In this document: positions 8,155 through 18,093 of the stretch, in pieces
How positions within the stretch are numbered: the first letter of the stretch is position 1
Layout: the number at the start of each line of letters is the position of its first letter
Source of the DNA: an uncultured Mycoplasmatota bacterium
Lineage (GTDB): Bacteria; Bacillota_I; Bacilli_A; RF39; UBA660
Direction of reading: 5' to 3'
Length of the DNA stretch: 64,000 nt
Assembly (NCBI GenBank): GCA_900547465.1
Contig: URHJ01000004.1
Location: 253-64,252 of the forward strand
Notes under the pieces: model-generated
Database searches by the model: none
Told to the model about the DNA's origin: nothing
The model's input: the letters and a program-made list of their open reading frames with translations, nothing else
Program-made: the position numbers and the translations under genes

Positions 8155-10203
8155 TTATAAGTCTATTCTTATTGTTCCAGATATATCAGTTCTCAAATAT
8201 TTAATCCTATATTCTTTCAATTTATCAATTGTTTCTTTATGAGGGTGATTAAATCTATTATTTTTACCACAAGATATTATCGCAAGACTTGGTCTTAATT
8301 CTTCTAGTAACTCATCACTAGTAGAAGTCTTTGAACCATGATGTCCAATTTTTAAAACATCTATCTTACCAATATTATATTTATTTAATATATACTCTTC
8401 TGATTTTTTAGAAGCATCACCAGTTAAAAGTATTTTTTTATTTTTATAATACATTAGTAAAATACTACTAGAATCGTTTTCATCACTAAACTCTTTATTT
8501 ATTTGAACTATATTGATATTTCCAAGTACAATTTCTTCCTTTTCTCTAATTTGATAAACATGTCTATACTTTTTAATAACTTTTTTCTCTAATAAATTAA
8601 AATTTCCTTGATTTAAATATATATCTTCTACTCTATATTGTTTTATAAGTTTTAATGCCTCTCCCATATGATCAAAATCACCATGAGTTAATACTAAATA
8701 ATCTATTTTTCGTATTCCTAATTTTTTAAGTACAGGTATAGTTACATAATTGGTTAAAGATTTTTCATTTTTTCTTTCTTGCCATTTCTCCCTCGAGTAA
8801 TTAATAACTCCTCCAGTATCTACTAACATAGTTTTATCTTTTGAATGAATTAGTATACTATCACCTTGTCCAACATCTAAAAACATCAAATAATTTTGAT
8901 TAAAGAAAACTGGATATAAATAATTAAATAAAGCTAACAAAAGTATTGGTAAAACGCTAATTATCTTTTTATTATAAAAATATATAAAAATAATTACTCC
9001 TATAATATATAAAATATAGTAATATCTAGACAGTGAAGGAAAGATTAATTTTGAAAAACTAATAGAATTAAACTTCAATGCTAAAAATTCCATTAAACTT
9101 ATAAAAACATTAAATATTGGTTCAAAAAAAGGAATAATATATGTAATTATAGATAACGGAAAAACTATCATACTTATAAATGGTACAAATAACATATTAT
9201 AAAATACAGATAAAATATTAATTTGATTGAAAAAATATATTGTTATAGGAAAACTTACGATAAATGAAATAAGTGATGTTAGAAATAATCTTTTAAAATA
9301 TGAACCGTTACTAATCTTATTACCTACTAACAAAATAGAAAAACTTATAGTATATGAATATAAAAAACTAACCTCATGAATATAGTATGGATTAACTAAT
9401 AAAGAAATAGAAAATATTAACAAAAAAATATTTACTCCTTTAATATTAAGATTATATATTTTATTTAGACTAAAAAATAAATAAAAGAAAATAGCTCTTA
9501 ATATTGATGGAGAAACACCTGTTATAAATAAATAGAAAAATAAAAATAAACTAATAATTATAAATATATACTTTTCTTTAATATTTAATTTCATTAATAG
9601 TTTTGATATAACTAGAGTTAATAATCCTATATGCATACCACTAATTGCGAAAAGATGACTAATACCAATTCCTTGATAAGAAGACATTACATCTGTAATA
9701 ATTGATTTATTATTACCAAAAATAAAAGCTTTAATATATGAATTACTATTTCTTTTAAGCAAGAAACATTTAATACCTTTAAAAAAACTCTTTTCTTTAC
9801 TAATCAAAGTAATTTTATCAATTTTAATAATATAATTAATATTCTTACTTTTTAAATATTGTTTATAATCAAAACTATAAATATCTTTAGACCCTTCAGT
9901 CTCTTCTAATTCTCCATTTAGTCTCAATGTATCATAAACATCTACACTTTTAATAAATAATTCTTTTTCACTCCTAGTTTTAAAATAATACCTTCCTATT
10001 AGTTTCTCATTCGCATCAATAGTTAATTTTAAATAATCACCATCAATATCATATTCTAGTACTTCTCCAACTACTTTCTTTGTACCTAAATCATAAGAAT
10101 TAGGAATATCAATTTCAATTCTTATAAGAGTTAATAATATAGTGATTATACATAGCAAATAAAATAGTCCATTACAATGTAATATAGTCTTTAATCTTTT
10201 CAA
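8155..10203 (-). CDS. comEC: DNA internalisation competence protein ComEC/Rec2
   Basis: Polytopic membrane core with GISHLFAISGMHIG. C-terminal metallo-beta-lactamase motifs LTHGDFDHMG and GHHGS. Confidence 0.9.
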   Translation of the reverse strand: MKRLKTILHCNGLFYLLCIITILLTLIRIEIDIPNSYDLGTKKVVGEVLEYDIDGDYLKLTIDANEKLIGRYYFKTRSEKELFIKSVDVYDTLRLNGELEETEGSKDIYSFDYKQYLKSKNINYIIKIDKITLISKEKSFFKGIKCFLLKRNSNSYIKAFIFGNNKSIITDVMSSYQGIGISHLFAISGMHIGLLTLVISKLLMKLNIKEKYIFIIISLFLFFYLFITGVSPSILRAIFFYLFFSLNKIYNLNIKGVNIFLLIFSISLLVNPYYIHEVSFLYSYTISFSILLVGNKISNGSYFKRLFLTSLISFIVSFPITIYFFNQINILSVFYNMLFVPFISMIVFPLSIITYIIPFFEPIFNVFISLMEFLALKFNSISFSKLIFPSLSRYYYILYIIGVIIFIYFYNKKIISVLPILLLALFNYLYPVFFNQNYLMFLDVGQGDSILIHSKDKTMLVDTGGVINYSREKWQERKNEKSLTNYVTIPVLKKLGIRKIDYLVLTHGDFDHMGEALKLIKQYRVEDIYLNQGNFNLLEKKVIKKYRHVYQIREKEEIVLGNINIVQINKEFSDENDSSSILLMYYKNKKILLTGDASKKSEEYILNKYNIGKIDVLKIGHHGSKTSTSDELLEELRPSLAIISCGKNNRFNHPHKETIDKLKEYRIKYLRTDISGTIRIDL

Positions 10204-10867
10204 ATAGACTATCCCCTATACCCTTTACATTTTTAATATCTTCAACACTAGTAAACTCTCCATTTTCTTCTCTATACTTAATAATATCCTCTGCTTTTTT
10301 CTCACCTATTCCAGTAAGTGTCATCAACTCTTCCTTTGTCGCAGTATTAATAGATATAATAGAAGACTCTTCTTCACTACTTGAATCATCTTCTATACAA
10401 GCATCATTTTCTACATCATTAATTCCTTTACTACATTCAGTCTGTACTTTCTTTTCTACTTCTTTTACATAAGAAAAATTCTTTACTTCATAATAACTAT
10501 AAACGATAATAACCATTTCATCTTTTAGTTTTTTTGATAAATTCAAAACACTTGTATCAGCATTTTTAGTAATTCCACCAGCCATATTTATAACATCAAT
10601 TACTCTCTGATTATCATCTAAAGTATAAATACCTGGATTTACTACCTCTCCTTTTATATCAACCATAATCTTTGTATTAGTAGTTTTTGCCTTATTCTTT
10701 TCTTTAACTTCCTTTTTTTCAGTTAATACTATTTTTCTATCTTTTTTGCTATCCTTTTCTTTTTGTTTATCAAATTTAACAACATATAAAGATATCGAAG
10801 ATGCAATTAATAAAATAAAAAGAGAAACTACTAATATTTGTTTTCTATATCGATATTTCCAAGTCAT
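10172..10867 (-). CDS. comEA: competence DNA receptor ComEA
   Basis: N-terminal TM, SLBB-like VDIKGEVVNPGIYTL, and C-terminal tandem helix-hairpin-helix INTATKEELMTLTGIGEKKAEDIIKYREENGEF...VKGIG. Overlaps comEC by 32 nt. No comEB between them. Confidence 0.9.
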   Translation of the reverse strand: MTWKYRYRKQILVVSLFILLIASSISLYVVKFDKQKEKDSKKDRKIVLTEKKEVKEKNKAKTTNTKIMVDIKGEVVNPGIYTLDDNQRVIDVINMAGGITKNADTSVLNLSKKLKDEMVIIVYSYYEVKNFSYVKEVEKKVQTECSKGINDVENDACIEDDSSSEEESSIISINTATKEELMTLTGIGEKKAEDIIKYREENGEFTSVEDIKNVKGIGDSLFEKIKDYITL

Positions 10868-11306
10868 AAAAAAACCTCCTACTTTATTATTGTTAATAAA
10901 ATAGAAAGTTCATTATAAAATGTATGAAAATAATATTTTTAGTAATCAATGTATTTACTTATCCTATTCTTGCCATATATTTCTTCATATGATTTATTTT
11001 TTTCAATACATTCTTTTAATATATTATAAAGTTCTTCCTGACTCATTTTTCATGTATCAAACTCTTTATATTTTTCATTATATTCTGTCCATAACCGTTC
11101 AAGTTCTTTTTGCTTCCAACTTAATTCTGGACAATCAAGATCAAACCCCATAAACATTATACTCCTTATAATTATCATCAAATGTATTACCTTTATTTCG
11201 ATTTTATTAATAATAACTTTCACATATTATATTTATCTTAATACCATTTAAGATGACATAGAGAGTTAAAATAAAGGTTTTACCCTAAATACTTACTTGT
11301 GTGAGG

Positions 11307-11328
11307 GACTGCTTAGGCAGTCTTTTTT
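11307..11328 (+). terminator. orphan plus-strand rho-independent terminator
   Basis: GACTGC-ttag-GCAGTC followed by TTTTTT on the plus strand. No credible plus-strand CDS lies upstream. See the finding on a candidate small RNA. Confidence 0.5.
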
Positions 11329-11460
11329 ATTAACTACTATGTTATCTACATTTCTCTTTACAACAATTGTAACAAAATTTTACTAAAATGTAATTGATTT
11401 TAGTATATTTTCTTTACTTAGATAAAAGCAAATATTTACTATATGTTAACAACTATTTTA

Positions 11461-11488
11461 AAATAAAAGGGGCTATTTTTCCCTTTTA
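11461..11488 (-). terminator. rho-independent terminator after the SEDS gene
   Basis: Minus-strand AAAAGGG-aaaaatag-CCCCTTTT followed by ATTTT, about 15 nt after the stop at 11503. Confidence 0.6.
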
Positions 11489-11502
11489 CTAGCATTCTCA
11501 AC

Positions 11503-12660
11503 TTAATTTTTCTTTAAATTATCTCTCATCTTATTTTCAATACTTACTCTCTGAACTATTGTTAAAGCAGCAATCAAACAAATAGTAAAACTTCCTCCAT
11601 AACTCATAAATGGTAATGGTACTCCAGTAAGTGGCATAAGTCCAAATAAACCTAATAAGTTAATAGCTATATGACAGAAAATATAGATTGCTATCCCATA
11701 ACACATTAAAGCCCCTCTATTAGTATAACTTCTCTTACCTATTATTAAAATTCTATATAAAACAAACATATATAAAAGAATAATTCCAATACCAGATATA
11801 GCACCTAATTCCTCCACTATAATTGCAAAAATAAAGTCAGTATATGGTTCTGGTAAATATAAATATTTTTGAGTCGAATTACCAAGTCCTACTCCTGTTA
11901 ATCCCCCATTATTAATCGCAATATATCCATTACAAACTTGTGAACCAGTATTTAGTAGTTTTGAACAAGGATTTTTAAAATCAAATCTTGTTGCCTGTCT
12001 TTCAAGTAAAATAGAATTACCAGTTGATGCAATAAATATTCCAACCGCTCCTACTAAGCCAAGACAACCAAATAATGTTTTCGTTTTTACTTCAACAGAT
12101 ACAGTTGATGAGATAAATAGACAAAAAACAATAACTGAAAATATTATTGCCGTACCAAGATCTGGTTGAAGCATTATTAGAAGAGCTATACCACAAGCAA
12201 CTGCTGGGGGAAATAAACTAGCTCCATAAGTATTTAACTTTTTCTCATTAACTTCATAAAATCTAGCCATCCAAACAATAAATATTACTTTTATAAACTC
12301 GCTAGGTTGAAAACTAAATGGTCCAAAATCAAACCAACTGATTGCGTTATTGGTAGCTTTTCCATATATTAATAATATTACTAAACTGGCAGTTATCAAA
12401 GTAAGTAAAACCCAGGAGACCATTCCATAAAATTTAGTATTAAACCGAATCATAATTAAAAATAGAATAAAACCAACAAACAAGAAAATTCCTTGCTTTA
12501 TAAAATAATTATAAGGACTTACTGCATGTGACATATAAGCAGTTACATTAGAAGATGAAAAAACCATAATAAGACCTATTATAAATAAAAGCAAAGTGCT
12601 AAGTAATAATGGTATATCTAAATATCTAAATATTTTCTTTTCTTTCTGTTTTTTTGCCAT
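11503..12660 (-). CDS. SEDS-family peptidoglycan glycosyltransferase (FtsW/RodA/SpoVE)
   Basis: About 10 TM segments. Motifs LQPDLGTA, PEPYTDFIFAIIVEELG and TGVPLPFMSYGGS. Confidence 0.9.
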   Translation of the reverse strand: MAKKQKEKKIFRYLDIPLLLSTLLLFIIGLIMVFSSSNVTAYMSHAVSPYNYFIKQGIFLFVGFILFLIMIRFNTKFYGMVSWVLLTLITASLVILLIYGKATNNAISWFDFGPFSFQPSEFIKVIFIVWMARFYEVNEKKLNTYGASLFPPAVACGIALLIMLQPDLGTAIIFSVIVFCLFISSTVSVEVKTKTLFGCLGLVGAVGIFIASTGNSILLERQATRFDFKNPCSKLLNTGSQVCNGYIAINNGGLTGVGLGNSTQKYLYLPEPYTDFIFAIIVEELGAISGIGIILLYMFVLYRILIIGKRSYTNRGALMCYGIAIYIFCHIAINLLGLFGLMPLTGVPLPFMSYGGSFTICLIAALTIVQRVSIENKMRDNLKKN

Positions 12661-12806
12661 TTCTTGTCTACCTTTCTTATTTTAATATCATCATACCATA
12701 AATTCTTATATTTTTACACTTAAAAATGTAAATAGCTTCAATTGATTAACATAATTTTGCATTTATCATATCTTATAATAGATTAAGTAAAAGGAGGCTA
12801 TGTCAT

Positions 12807-12971
12807 ATGTATTATTATGGTGGTGGTTCATCATGTTGTCAAAACATGTATCCACAAATGCAATATTATCCAACAACTAACTGCGGTGGCAATAATAATT
12901 CAATCTATGCAATTATCTTAGTATTATTTATTTTATTAGTAATCGTGATTGGAACACGTTGGGCTAATTAG
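12807..12971 (+). CDS. YjcZ-like tiny transmembrane (sporulation) protein, 54 aa
   Basis: Not in the ORF track (under 60 aa). RBS AAGGAGG lies 9 nt upstream. MYYYGGGSSCCQNMYPQMQYYPTTNCGGNNNSIYAIILVLFILLVIVIGTRWAN has a Gly/Tyr-rich head plus an (F/Y)A(L/I)I(V/L)VLFILL(I/V)IVG tail, as in the Bacillus YjcZ family. A hairpin plus T-run follows. Confidence 0.6.
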   Translation: MYYYGGGSSCCQNMYPQMQYYPTTNCGGNNNSIYAIILVLFILLVIVIGTRWAN

Positions 12972-13042
12972 TACAATTAAGAAAAAGGGCTTTCCTTTTT
13001 TCTTTTTTTTTAGTATAATAGCACCAGTTGGGGTGATGCAGT

Positions 13043-13591
13043 ATGTTAAAGAATAAAGATATAATTGATGAAAAAGATAAGAGATTAAGAGAAATTAGTA
13101 AAGAAGTAGAATTTCCATTAAGTAATGAAGATAGAAAAAATATTGATTTAATGATTGAATACTTAACTAATAGTCAAATAGAAAAATTAGCTGAAAAGTA
13201 TGATCTTAGACCTGGAATGGGGCTTTCTGCTATTCAAATAGGTGTTCCCAAAAGATATTTCGTTGTTGTTTATGAATATGATGAAGGAAAATTTGATAAC
13301 TATATTATCATAAATCCTAAAATCGTTAGTAATTCAATGGAAAAGATATATGTTGAACTTGGTGAAGGTTGTCTTTCTGTTAACCGTGAAGTTGATGGAA
13401 TAGTCCCAAGATATGCTAGAGTAACTATTGAAGGCTATGATATGGACGGTAATAAAATAAGAGTTAGAGGTCGTGAGGAGTTAGCAATTGCTTTTCAACA
13501 TGAACTAGATCATTTAAATGGTATTTTATTCTATGATCATATCGATCCAAAAAATCCATATAAAGATCAAAATAAATATAGAGCAATATAA
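13043..13591 (+). CDS. def: peptide deformylase
   Basis: All three metal-binding motifs are present: GLSAIQIG, EGCLS and HELDHLNG. Confidence 0.95.
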   Translation: MLKNKDIIDEKDKRLREISKEVEFPLSNEDRKNIDLMIEYLTNSQIEKLAEKYDLRPGMGLSAIQIGVPKRYFVVVYEYDEGKFDNYIIINPKIVSNSMEKIYVELGEGCLSVNREVDGIVPRYARVTIEGYDMDGNKIRVRGREELAIAFQHELDHLNGILFYDHIDPKNPYKDQNKYRAI

Positions 13592-13617
13592 AACAGGATT
13601 TAGTTATCCTGTTTTTT
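13592..13617. terminator. bidirectional terminator between def (+) and smc (-)
   Basis: AACAGGAT-ttagtt-ATCCTGTT flanked by an A-run and a T-run. Overlaps the smc stop codon. Confidence 0.65.
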
Positions 13618-16576
13618 ATATTGTTTCTACTTTTTGATTTAGTTTAACACTAACTAATTTAGAAACACCAGACTCTTGCATTGTAATACCATAAAGTGTA
13701 TCTGCATATTCCATTGTTTTCTTTTTATGGGTAATAATTAAAAACTGAGTCTTATTCTTATAATTTTTTAAGTAATTACCAAATGCATTTACATTAGCAT
13801 CATCTAAAGCAGCTTCGACCTCATCAAATAAACAGAATGGAACTGTTTTTACATTTAAAATAGCAAATAGTAAACTTATAGCTGTAAATGTTTTTTCTCC
13901 ACCTGATAATAAAGTTATTGTAGTTAACTTTTTACCTGGAGGACTCGCAACAATATCTACTCCTGTTGTTAAAATATCATCTGGATTTGTCAATATTAAA
14001 TCAGCATTACCTCCATGGAATAATTCTCTAAATACAACTTTAAACTCTTGTCTAATCTTTTCAAAAGTTTTCTTAAACTCTTCTATCATGACATCGTCCA
14101 TTTCATTCATAATATCAAGTAAAGTCTCTTCAGCCTTTAATAAATCCTCTTTTTGATTACTTAAAAATTCATACCTAGTATTTACTCTTTCATACTCCTC
14201 TATTGCCGCTAAATTTACCATACCTAATTTTCTAATTTCACTTTTATATATTGATACTTTATTACGTGCCTCATCTTCATCAATTTCTAAAACATACATA
14301 GATTTTGCTTTTTCATAAGTCATAGAATAATCTTCATTCAAAGTATTAAGCATAGAATCAAGCTTTACATCAGCTCTAGTTATTTTAACTTCTAAATCAT
14401 TAACTTCTTTTTCTAAATTTCTTAACTTATAATTTTCACTTTTTTCTTTAGCTGTTGCCTCTTCTATTATTTGTTTCAAGTTATCAATCTCAACTACAAT
14501 AGATTCTTTTCTTAAACTCATTTTATCTTTTTCTGTACTTTTTTGTTGATAAGCATTCATTAATTCTTGTTCCTTCTGATCTATAGAATTATTTTCTACT
14601 GATTCATAACTAGTTATCTTAGAATTAATCTCATCAAGTTCTTTTTCGCTTTTACTTAACTCATCAATTTTAGATGATAGTTCTTGATCTAATAACATCT
14701 TATCTCTAGAGTTAGTTGCATAAATTTCATTTATTTCATCTTTTTTACTATCTAAATTGCCAACCTTTTCTTTTATTGTTTCTAATCTTTCTTTCTTATT
14801 TTCAAGTTCATTTTGATATTCACGTAAATTTTGTTTAAGAGAAATCATACTCTTAGATGAATAACTACTACCTCCAGACATTGATCCACCTATATGAACA
14901 ACATCCCCGTCTAATGTAACCACTTTATAACGAGCTCGAATTTTCTTACTTAAACGAGTAGCATTATCAATATTTTTTGATACTATTACTGTACCTAATT
15001 GGTTCTCTATAATACTTTCATATTTTTTATTATATTTAACTAAATCAGATAAAACCGCAATAAAATCAGAATCATTACGCAAAATAGATAAAGTCTCTTT
15101 ATCAACATATCTTTTCTTTATAACTGTTAAAGGAAAAAATGTAGCTCTACCCAAGTGATTATCTTTTAAATATCTAATCGCACTTTTTGCAGCATTTTCA
15201 TCTTCTGTTATAATAAAGTTCTTTGATGATGATATAGCTATTTCAAGAGCTTTTATATATTCATTATCAATTTCTAAAATATTCCCTATTGTATTATGAA
15301 TACCCTCTAGACTATGTTCATTTAAAACTTTTCTAACACTACTAGGAACATTTCCAAAAGCTTCTATTTCTGTTTTTATAGAATCTATTTTATGATTTAG
15401 AGTAATTAAATCTCTATCCATTTTTGAATATTCTAATTGCTCCATATTTTGTTCTTTATTTATTTTCTCTAATTCAGTTTTATTTTTATCTAAAGTACTT
15501 ATCTTATCTTTTCTTTTATTTTCTAATAATTTCACTTCTTCTTGAAGTAATTCTATTTTTTTAGAGATATTCCCTTTATTATCTAATTCTTTTCTTAATT
15601 TTTCTAATACTTCATTAGTATCATTTTTAGAAGTTCTTTCTCTAAGTAAAAGTCTTTCTCCATTTAATTTTTCTACTTCTTCAGCTAATATAACAAGATC
15701 TTTATTTATTTGATTTAATTCTTGTTCTAATAGTTCAAGTCTTTGTTGATTTTTCATATCTTCTGTATTATTTAAAGAACTTCTATTAGATAATAAAACT
15801 ATTTCTTGTTCTAAAGATTCTTTCTTTTCTTTATTTTTATTTACTTCATTAGAATAAAATAAAATATCATTAGTAATTAAAGCAATATCTAATTTTTCTA
15901 ACTTTTCTTTTGTTTCTAAATATTTTCTAGCTTTCTTACTTTGTTCTTTTAATGGTTCTACTTGTATTTCTAATTCATTTATAATGTCATTAACACGATC
16001 AAGGTTATTATGAGTTCTATCTAATTTTCTTAATGCTTCTTCTTTTCTTTTCTTATATTTAAGTATTCCAGCAGCTTCTTCAAAAATAATACGTCTTTCT
16101 CCTGATGAAGTTGATAAAATTCTATCTACTTCACCTTGAGATATAATATTAAATGACTCTTTACCTATTCCACTATCTATAAGTAAATCAGTAATATCTT
16201 TTAATCTACATTTTTCATGATTTAAGATATATTCATTTTCTCCATTACGATAAACTTTTCTTTTAATAGAAATTTCTGTATATGGAATATTCAAGTAATG
16301 ATCAGAATTATCAAATATAAGTTCAACAGAAGCAACATTTAAAGGATTTCTACTTTTACTTCCGGAAAATATTACTTCACTCATTGCCCCTTCTCCACGA
16401 AGAGATTTAACTGATTGTTCCCCAAGTACCCATCTAACAGCATCAACAATATTACTTTTTCCTGATCCATTAGGTCCAACTATACAAGTTGTTTTATCAT
16501 CTAACTTAATACTAAGTTTATCCGCAAAAGACTTAAAACCACTCGCAACTATTTCTTTTAAATACATAATAACCAT
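13616..16576 (-). CDS. smc: chromosome condensation/segregation ATPase SMC (short, ~983-986 aa)
   Basis: Walker A GPNGSGKSN, hinge GRATFFPL, signature LSGGEKT and Walker B LFDEVEAALD, with long coiled coils between. The likely start is ATG 16567 (MYLKEI). Confidence 0.9.
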   Translation of the reverse strand: MVIMYLKEIVASGFKSFADKLSIKLDDKTTCIVGPNGSGKSNIVDAVRWVLGEQSVKSLRGEGAMSEVIFSGSKSRNPLNVASVELIFDNSDHYLNIPYTEISIKRKVYRNGENEYILNHEKCRLKDITDLLIDSGIGKESFNIISQGEVDRILSTSSGERRIIFEEAAGILKYKKRKEEALRKLDRTHNNLDRVNDIINELEIQVEPLKEQSKKARKYLETKEKLEKLDIALITNDILFYSNEVNKNKEKKESLEQEIVLLSNRSSLNNTEDMKNQQRLELLEQELNQINKDLVILAEEVEKLNGERLLLRERTSKNDTNEVLEKLRKELDNKGNISKKIELLQEEVKLLENKRKDKISTLDKNKTELEKINKEQNMEQLEYSKMDRDLITLNHKIDSIKTEIEAFGNVPSSVRKVLNEHSLEGIHNTIGNILEIDNEYIKALEIAISSSKNFIITEDENAAKSAIRYLKDNHLGRATFFPLTVIKKRYVDKETLSILRNDSDFIAVLSDLVKYNKKYESIIENQLGTVIVSKNIDNATRLSKKIRARYKVVTLDGDVVHIGGSMSGGSSYSSKSMISLKQNLREYQNELENKKERLETIKEKVGNLDSKKDEINEIYATNSRDKMLLDQELSSKIDELSKSEKELDEINSKITSYESVENNSIDQKEQELMNAYQQKSTEKDKMSLRKESIVVEIDNLKQIIEEATAKEKSENYKLRNLEKEVNDLEVKITRADVKLDSMLNTLNEDYSMTYEKAKSMYVLEIDEDEARNKVSIYKSEIRKLGMVNLAAIEEYERVNTRYEFLSNQKEDLLKAEETLLDIMNEMDDVMIEEFKKTFEKIRQEFKVVFRELFHGGNADLILTNPDDILTTGVDIVASPPGKKLTTITLLSGGEKTFTAISLLFAILNVKTVPFCLFDEVEAALDDANVNAFGNYLKNYKNKTQFLIITHKKKTMEYADTLYGITMQESGVSKLVSVKLNQKVETI

Positions 16577-16798
16577 CCTATCTACTTGTTTATTATACTA
16601 AAAAAAAGAAAGTCTTTCAACTTTTCCTTTGTATAAACTTAAGAATTACCCAACTGCTACAGATACTTTTATAATTTTATTTTATTTTTGTCATCATAAA
16701 ATTTATGTGCATTTTACTAGAATTTCTTATTCTCGAACAGATATTGATTCTAATTAGAATATAGCTTGCTCTAAGAAAAAATTTTATATTATCTCTAA

Positions 16799-18058
16799 TT
16801 AACTAACGTATTTTATAAATTGATCTAGTGAAGTTTGTTGTTTTATTTGATATCTTGGAATATGGTATGGATCAACCCTTCTCATAGCTTTTCTACCTCC
16901 TCCAATAAATGCTAGAGAAAAACCTGCTTGCTTAACATCATCAATTGTCTCATCTGTATAAGCATAAAAAGGAAAACAAAAAGCTAATTTAGAATTTGTA
17001 ACTGAAATTGATCTTTTTAAATCTTCCAACACTTCATTTTTAGATAAGCAAAGCATTTTAGCCCCTCTACTAACACCTTCACAAACACGTTCTGTATGCA
17101 TATCATTAGTATGAGATTCTATATCCAAGTATTCTGATTTATAATTATCAATACTCCACCAACCTGTTATTAAAAATAATGTCGCATGCATCTTATACTC
17201 TTCTAAAATAGGAATTAATTTATTACCATTTTGAATACCAGTACCAAGTGCCCCATCATCTATTGTTATTAAAACTGATTTTTCAGGAAGTTCTATGTCA
17301 CCATACTTCCAATCTTTAAACTCTTGCATAGTTAAAGCTTTATAACCATTATCTTTTAAATATGATAGTTGTGCTTTAAAATCTTTAGCATCAATACAAT
17401 TACTATCTGAGCAGCTTTCCCCTTTTTCACTATCATAGAAAAAATGATAATTTAAAACCGCAATTTGTTGATTTTCATTCATATTTTCTACAACTATAAC
17501 TTTCCTTTTAGCACTACTCTTATTTCCAGAACTATCTTTCACTTCATAAACTAACTCATATTCACCTGGTTTAGCTGTATCTATAGAATTTTTCAATTTA
17601 ACTTTTTTTGTAATATCACCATCATAATTATCAATAGCTTTGCATCCTATATCCTTAATTTTTTTGTTTTTAGAAATAATAAGATCATCACCTAGTAAAG
17701 TTAACTCTGGTGGAGTCTTATCAACAACTTTTACAATCTGAGTTAAACTCTTTTGTATTTTCTTATACTTAATTGTATAAACAACTTTATATTCGCCTAC
17801 CTTTTTTGTATTAACATTGCCATTTCTTTCAATATTCTTTGTTAAGTCTTTTTTATTGTAAAATGCATTCAACTTACCAGAATTATAATTTTTGCCTACT
17901 TCTACTACCATCCTTTTTTCTATACTTAGTTTTAAAAATGGAGCAAATCCAATTCTACTAAATACATTTAAAACAACTACAAAAACAATTAATATTACAC
18001 AAAGTAAAATCAATATTTTTGCCTTTTTCTTAAATTTTTTCTTCATCCCACTCACCAA
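16799..18058 (-). CDS. membrane-anchored polysaccharide deacetylase (NodB family) with Ig-like N-terminal module
   Basis: N-terminal TM. Ig-like/DUF5011-type segment DKTPPELTLLGDD...GEYELVYEVKDSSGN. NodB motifs ITIDDGALGT and ESHTNDMH. The C-terminal ~215 aa is paralogous to 52177-53724. Confidence 0.75.
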   Translation of the reverse strand: MVSGMKKKFKKKAKILILLCVILIVFVVVLNVFSRIGFAPFLKLSIEKRMVVEVGKNYNSGKLNAFYNKKDLTKNIERNGNVNTKKVGEYKVVYTIKYKKIQKSLTQIVKVVDKTPPELTLLGDDLIISKNKKIKDIGCKAIDNYDGDITKKVKLKNSIDTAKPGEYELVYEVKDSSGNKSSAKRKVIVVENMNENQQIAVLNYHFFYDSEKGESCSDSNCIDAKDFKAQLSYLKDNGYKALTMQEFKDWKYGDIELPEKSVLITIDDGALGTGIQNGNKLIPILEEYKMHATLFLITGWWSIDNYKSEYLDIESHTNDMHTERVCEGVSRGAKMLCLSKNEVLEDLKRSISVTNSKLAFCFPFYAYTDETIDDVKQAGFSLAFIGGGRKAMRRVDPYHIPRYQIKQQTSLDQFIKYVS

Positions 18059-18093
18059 TTTCAGTATATCATAGATATATGGTTATGAATACT

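Noticed and set aside
10172-10203. 32-nt overlap of comEA and comEC as a possible frameshifted fusion
   Set aside because: Both ORFs are full length with their expected domains. Short overlaps are normal operon coupling. The comEC start may also lie further downstream.
11050-11052. In-frame TGA as evidence for genetic code 4 (UGA = Trp), given the Mollicutes-like features
   Set aside because: All long ORFs (for example the 1546-aa PolC) are intact under the standard code, and Trp positions use TGG. Several genes end in TGA (for example at 46873). Code 11 fits.
10920-11153. 77-aa plus-strand ORF from the track (MYENNIFSNQCIYLSY...)
   Set aside because: It has low-complexity Phe/Tyr/Ile-rich composition typical of the antisense frame in AT-rich DNA. 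It has no RBS. It lies antisense to RBS-led small minus-strand ORFs.
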